The notes under the pieces were generated by a model that was not told where the DNA came from, made no database searches, and saw only the letters and a list, made by a program, of their open reading frames with translations. A stretch of 64,000 bases of DNA from Nitrosopumilus sp. (GTDB lineage: Archaea > Thermoproteota > Nitrososphaeria > Nitrososphaerales > Nitrosopumilaceae), in assembly GCA_965218785.1 (NCBI GenBank), contig OZ244650.1:96001-160000 (forward strand), given 5' to 3'. How positions within the stretch are numbered: the first letter of the stretch is position 1; every line of letters begins with the position of its first letter. This document shows positions 59,397 through 64,000 of the stretch, piece by piece. The position numbers were made by a program, and so were the translations under genes.

Positions 59397-60266
59397 ATGG
59401 CTGAAAACCTCCAGATAGTTGTTACGGGTGCGACCGGATTTCTCGCAAGAAATATCAGGGAATACTTTTCTGCAAACAACGTAAAACTGGTTTCAATCTC
59501 TAGAAAAAACTTTGTAGAGTTTGACCGCGAATCCAAAGTCATCTCAAAAAATTATGATGAAAAAACCCTTTTGAGAAAAATCCGAAATTCAGATGCGGTT
59601 ATCCACCTGGTCGGAATCGGAAGACAGTCAGTCAAGACCGATTATGACATGATAAACGTCGAATTTACAAGGCATGTCCTTAACCTAAGCAAAAAGGCAG
59701 GAATCAAGAAATTCGTCTATGCAAGCGGTCTTGGCGTTTCATCAGATGCCCATCTTGGATACTTTATCTCAAAGTACAGGGCAGAAAAACTAGTTATGAA
59801 TTCAGGATTAAACTATACTATTTTCAGACCCTCATACATTGTTGGAAGGGATGACTCTTTTACAAAATATCTGAAAAGACAGATAAAAAAGAAGCGAATT
59901 GAAATTCCCGGATCCGGAAGGTATCTGATTCAGCCAATCTACATTAATGACGTGGCAAAAATTTTCCTACAGTCCGTGCAGAAAACAAAATTCAGGAACA
60001 AAACCCTGGATCTTGTCGGTTCTGAGCATATTACCTTTCAACGATACGTCAAACTGTTTTCCAAGCAGACCAAAACAAGCATCAAAAAAATCAGCCTGGA
60101 AAAAGCCTACCACAGGGCAATAACTAATCCGAAATCCGATTTCGGAGTCGATGATCTCAACATCCTGGTTGGTAATTTCAAGGGGGACCATGCCAAGCTA
60201 CAACGCATCACCGGAATGAAATTCCAATCAGTTACCGGATTACTAGAGTCCGGCAGACTGTCTTAG
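59397..60266 (+). CDS. NAD-dependent epimerase/dehydratase (atypical SDR)
   Basis: TGATGF, HLVG, YFISK and FRPS. Confidence 0.85.
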   Translation: MAENLQIVVTGATGFLARNIREYFSANNVKLVSISRKNFVEFDRESKVISKNYDEKTLLRKIRNSDAVIHLVGIGRQSVKTDYDMINVEFTRHVLNLSKKAGIKKFVYASGLGVSSDAHLGYFISKYRAEKLVMNSGLNYTIFRPSYIVGRDDSFTKYLKRQIKKKRIEIPGSGRYLIQPIYINDVAKIFLQSVQKTKFRNKTLDLVGSEHITFQRYVKLFSKQTKTSIKKISLEKAYHRAITNPKSDFGVDDLNILVGNFKGDHAKLQRITGMKFQSVTGLLESGRLS

Positions 60267-61418
60267 TGTCTGGGCCTTGTCTGTTTTTTCCCATGAAAAC
60301 CCGGGCTCGTTTCGTCCAAAATGGCCATACGATGCCGTATTTTTGTAGATCGGTCTCTTTAGATCCAGATGTGAAATTATTTTAGAAGGCCTCATGTCAA
60401 AATTATTTCTGACTAGTTCTTCAATCCGCTCTTCTGGAATCTTGTTTGTTCCAAAGGTATTGACATAAAGTGATACCGGCTCTGCGACTCCTATTACATA
60501 TGCAAGCTGTACCTCGCACCTGTCAGCTAGTCCTGCTGCCACGAGATTCTTTGCAATATATCTGGACATGTAACATGCGGATCTGTCCACTTTGGAGGGA
60601 TCTTTTCCTGAAAACGCCCCTCCACCGTGCCTTCCAAATCCGCCATAAGTATCAACGATGATCTTTCTTCCAGTCAAACCGGCATCCCCGTGCGGTCCTC
60701 CAATTACAAATTTTCCAGTCGGGTTGACGTGAATCTTGATCTCCTCGTTCCAAAGATCTCCCAATACCGGCTTTATTATCTTGTCAATTATCTCCCTTGA
60801 AATTTCCTCCTGGGAAACCTCTGGTGCATGCTGTGTTGAAACTACCACCGTTTCAATTTTAGCAGGCCTGTTATCTTCATATCTTACAGATACCTGCGAC
60901 TTGCCGTCCGGTCTTGCCCATGGCAGAGTCTTGTCCCTTCTTACCTGTGACAACCTCTGAATGAGTTTGTGCGCCAACAAAATCGGCATGGGCATCAGCT
61001 CTTCAGTCTCATTTGTAGCATAACCGAACATCAATCCCTGGTCTCCTGCACCCTGCTCCCTCTGCTCTGTGGCAGTTATGCCCTGACTGATATCAGGACT
61101 CTGCGAGTGCAATCTTAGATTGATCTGACAGGTATCTGCATCAAACATCAGTTCCTTGTTGTCATATCCTATATCCCTGATCGTCTTTCTGACTAGTTCT
61201 TCCTGGGCCTTTTGATCAAAATCGGCCTTGGATGTAACCTCGCCGGAGACTGCCACAAAATCCGTAGTTACCATTGTCTCTATTGCCACTCTTGAATCAG
61301 GATCCTGTCTGAGATATTCATCTAGTAATGCGTCTGAAATATTATCACATAACTTGTCTGGATGTCCCTCTGTTACTGATTCTGATGTAAATAGAAAATT
61401 GCTGGTCATGATAATCAT
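60243..61418 (-). CDS. metK: S-adenosylmethionine synthase (bacterial/eukaryotic type)
   Basis: [17 protein letters not shown] and GGGAFSGKD. Confidence 0.97.
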   Translation of the reverse strand: MIIMTSNFLFTSESVTEGHPDKLCDNISDALLDEYLRQDPDSRVAIETMVTTDFVAVSGEVTSKADFDQKAQEELVRKTIRDIGYDNKELMFDADTCQINLRLHSQSPDISQGITATEQREQGAGDQGLMFGYATNETEELMPMPILLAHKLIQRLSQVRRDKTLPWARPDGKSQVSVRYEDNRPAKIETVVVSTQHAPEVSQEEISREIIDKIIKPVLGDLWNEEIKIHVNPTGKFVIGGPHGDAGLTGRKIIVDTYGGFGRHGGGAFSGKDPSKVDRSACYMSRYIAKNLVAAGLADRCEVQLAYVIGVAEPVSLYVNTFGTNKIPEERIEELVRNNFDMRPSKIISHLDLKRPIYKNTASYGHFGRNEPGFSWEKTDKAQTLRQSAGL

Positions 61419-61424
61419 GACCCG

Positions 61425-61670
61425 TTAGAGTTCATTTTCAAGTTTGATAAATAACACGTTGTTGCCTCTGACAATTACCCTGCCATAACTTGCCGTTACT
61501 TTATTATCATGCAGTTCATCTGCATCAGTCATAATCAAATTCATGTACGAATCAACATTATCCATTTTTCCTTTGTACTCTACTTCATTTTTCAGCCGTA
61601 CGGTAACTTTCTTTTTGGTACTTTTTTGAAGAGTTGTCAAGGGTCTTTTTGCACTACTTGGTTGAGACAC
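61425..61670 (-). CDS. Sm-like (Lsm) archaeal protein
   Basis: Sm1 D.YMNL and Sm2 VIVRGNNV. Confidence 0.92.
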   Translation of the reverse strand: MSQPSSAKRPLTTLQKSTKKKVTVRLKNEVEYKGKMDNVDSYMNLIMTDADELHDNKVTASYGRVIVRGNNVLFIKLENEL

Positions 61671-61773
61671 TAATTATTCACTTGTCTTGCAACGTTGTTC
61701 TCTAGAATAAAAGCCTTGCCTCTTTTATGAAGATTGGAATCCCTTAAATTTTTTCTTATTCTTCTAATAATAT

Positions 61774-62436
61774 ATGATCTCCACTGGTCTGCACAAACTC
61801 GACGAATTCCTGTCTGGAGGAATACCTGATGGCGTGATAACAGATATTTTCGGTCAAAATGCAACAGGCAAGACCCAGCTGCTGTTCCAATTATCAATAA
61901 ATTCAATCAAAAACAGTGGCGGCCACGTCCTGTATCTAGATACCACGGGCAGCTTCCGACCAGAGCGAATACTGGAGATTCAAAAACAGTCAGGCGAAGA
62001 ATTCAACTTTCTTGACAAAATCACGGTATCTAGAATAACAAACACTTTTGAACAAATAAAATCAATATCCGGCCTTGCAGACAAGAATTTTTCCCTGATT
62101 GTAATTGATAATATCACCGATCTGTTCTCTTATGAATATAAAAAAACAGAGTCTGTTTTTGAAAAAAACTTGTTATTTATGAAACACATGCGCGAGTTAT
62201 CAGAGTTTGCCATAACAAACAAAATTCCCGTTGCAGTTACCAATATGATCAGAACCATAAACGGCAAGGAGATCGAAAATATGAAGGGTGCCATTGATCC
62301 CTTTACCCATATCAAGATTCATCTCTCCAAAAACGCTTCAAAATTTGAGGGGGAAATTTACTGGGCCCTCAAGCGGGAAAATTTTTCCTACAAAATAGAC
62401 GCTTCCGGACTGTCTGATTGCCCTGAAGATATTTAA
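61774..62436 (+). CDS. RadA/RadB-like RecA-family ATPase
   Basis: STG...LD..L.GG, GQNATGKT, FRPER and LIVID. Confidence 0.85.
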   Translation: MISTGLHKLDEFLSGGIPDGVITDIFGQNATGKTQLLFQLSINSIKNSGGHVLYLDTTGSFRPERILEIQKQSGEEFNFLDKITVSRITNTFEQIKSISGLADKNFSLIVIDNITDLFSYEYKKTESVFEKNLLFMKHMRELSEFAITNKIPVAVTNMIRTINGKEIENMKGAIDPFTHIKIHLSKNASKFEGEIYWALKRENFSYKIDASGLSDCPEDI

Positions 62437-62458
62437 CGGACAATCATAAAGTTCAGAA

Positions 62459-62578
62459 ATGGCAGAAATTTTTGATTCAATTCCAATAATTACCGTGGTT
62501 TTGTTTGCACTTGGATTGGCAGGAATAATGGTTTATGAAAGATCAAGATCAAAATCAACGGACGAATCTGATTCTTGA
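62459..62578 (+). CDS. Putative 39-aa single-TM protein
   Basis: MAEIFDSIPIITVVLFALGLAGIMVYERSRS...; overlaps the helicase start. Confidence 0.4.
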   Translation: MAEIFDSIPIITVVLFALGLAGIMVYERSRSKSTDESDS

Positions 62579-64000
62579 TTCCTTATTTGGGAAATTTGGA
62601 TTCTCTACACTGACTGAAATTCAGAAAAAGGCATCACCTGTAATTCTGCAAAAAAAAGACAGTCTGGTGATTGCCCCGACAGGCTCGGGAAAAACAGAGT
62701 GTTCTGTAATTCCGATTTTTTCCCTGTTAAAAAATTCAAAAAAGAAGGGAAAAATCAAGGCACTCTACATCACTCCTCTAAGGGCGTTAAATCGTGACGT
62801 GTTTAGAAGAATTACAAAATATGCACAGGAAAACACGCTGTCCCTCAAGATACGACATGGAGACACCTCCCAAAAGGACAGACGGGCAATCAGGGATGAC
62901 CCTCCGGACATTCTGATTACCACTCCTGAAACCCTTGTAATTCTTTTGACGCAGCCCAAAATGCTTGATGCGTTATCAGAGTTGGAATGGGTTGTAATTG
63001 ATGAAGTACACGAGCTGCTAGCCAGTGAACGTGGATCCCAGTTATCATTAAGCGTCGAAAGACTGGAATTTAACTCAAGATACCCGCTGACAAAGATAGG
63101 ATTATCTGCAACTGTCGGGAATTTTGAAGAGGCGGGAAAGTTTGTCGTGGGCACAAAAAGAAAATGCAAGATAGTCCGGGACACTTCGGTGAGAGCCTAT
63201 GATGTTGACATACTGTATGTGGATGGAACAATCTCTGATGTTGCAGAGAAAATTATCGAACACGTACTGGAACTAGACCTGGATTCCCCAATACTGTTAT
63301 TTACCAATACCCGCGGCGAGGCCGAGTTTCTAGCCTCGATTCTAAAGGAGAAATCCGGCATACAAATCGAGCTGCATCACGGCTCCCTGTCCCGGGAGGT
63401 CCGAGAAGAGACTGAGATGTCCCTGCGTGAGGGACGACGGGGCATTGTCGTGTGTACCTCCTCACTGGAGCTTGGATTGGATATTGGTTCAGTCGAGCTG
63501 GTGATTCATTATGGCTCCCCAAGACAGGTATCAAAATTAATTCAAAGAATCGGAAGGAGCAGACATAACCGGAATGCATCAGCCAAGGGGCTCATCATAA
63601 CAAACAATCCAGACGATGAATTCGAGGCCAGGGCAATACTTGATCGCATTAAGGACGGTTCAATTGAGGAGCAAAAGATTCATGATGGTTCCCTTGATGT
63701 TCTGGCTCATCATCTAGTCGGATTGACAATGCAGATTGGGGAAATTTCAGTTGAAGACGCCTTTGAATTAGTTACAAAGGCGTACCCGTTTCGAAACCTG
63801 CAATTACAGGAACTAGTCGAGGTGCTGGATCTGCTTGATTCCAATTATCTGATATTTTTTGATAGAACAAAAATGACTTTTTGGAAGAAGGGCCGTTCAT
63901 TCAAATACTATTTTGAAAACCTCTCAACAATTCCCGACATTCTCAAATTCAGGGTTTTTGACAGCGTAGGCAAAAAGATCATAGGCTCACTTGATCAGAG
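62535..64000 (+). CDS. Lhr-like SF2 helicase (runs off the window)
   Basis: My translation: APTGSGKTE, TPLRALNRD, TTPETL, DEVHEL, GLSATV, HHGSLS, TSSLELGLD and QRIGRS. Confidence 0.92.
   Translation, partial: MKDQDQNQRTNLILDSLFGKFGFSTLTEIQKKASPVILQKKDSLVIAPTGSGKTECSVIPIFSLLKNSKKKGKIKALYITPLRALNRDVFRRITKYAQENTLSLKIRHGDTSQKDRRAIRDDPPDILITTPETLVILLTQPKMLDALSELEWVVIDEVHELLASERGSQLSLSVERLEFNSRYPLTKIGLSATVGNFEEAGKFVVGTKRKCKIVRDTSVRAYDVDILYVDGTISDVAEKIIEHVLELDLDSPILLFTNTRGEAEFLASILKEKSGIQIELHHGSLSREVREETEMSLREGRRGIVVCTSSLELGLDIGSVELVIHYGSPRQVSKLIQRIGRSRHNRNASAKGLIITNNPDDEFEARAILDRIKDGSIEEQKIHDGSLDVLAHHLVGLTMQIGEISVEDAFELVTKAYPFRNLQLQELVEVLDLLDSNYLIFFDRTKMTFWKKGRSFKYYFENLSTIPDILKFRVFDSVGKKIIGSLDQ

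Noticed and set aside
60243-61418. Bacterial-type MetK in an archaeon as a recent horizontal transfer
   Set aside because: It has core-like composition and sits in an operon with Lsm; to my knowledge this type is usual for this lineage

Overview
Archaeal window, most consistent with a Nitrosopumilaceae (Thaumarchaeota/Nitrososphaerota) chromosome. This is inferred from the gene set: archaeal primase, aIF2, AglB, Snf7/CdvB, anaerobic-type cbi genes, aconitase-X mevalonate genes and a bacterial-type MetK. Positions 1 to ~18,150 form a visibly AT-rich, IS-scarred accessory or defence island. It holds two independent SAMHD1-like HD phosphohydrolase + YwgA/Panacea-like gene pairs in opposite gene order, a ThsB-like TIR + SLATT/DUF4231 2TM pair, a second TIR protein and a DUF262-DUF1524 (GmrSD-like) nuclease. 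It also holds duplicated DUF5615 PIN genes, duplicated mini-HNH genes, IS481/IS5 remnants, and an IS110 with one nonsense codon and a structured 3' non-coding end (bridge-RNA candidate). From ~18,200 to 64,000 the window is mostly core genome: sulfate assimilation, DNA repair, cobalamin synthesis, translation, N-glycosylation and tRNA-Gly(CCC). Two small islets interrupt it, one flanked by a duplicated 3' end of rqcH/NFACT and one next to tRNA-Gly. All family calls come from motif recognition by eye; no database searches were run.
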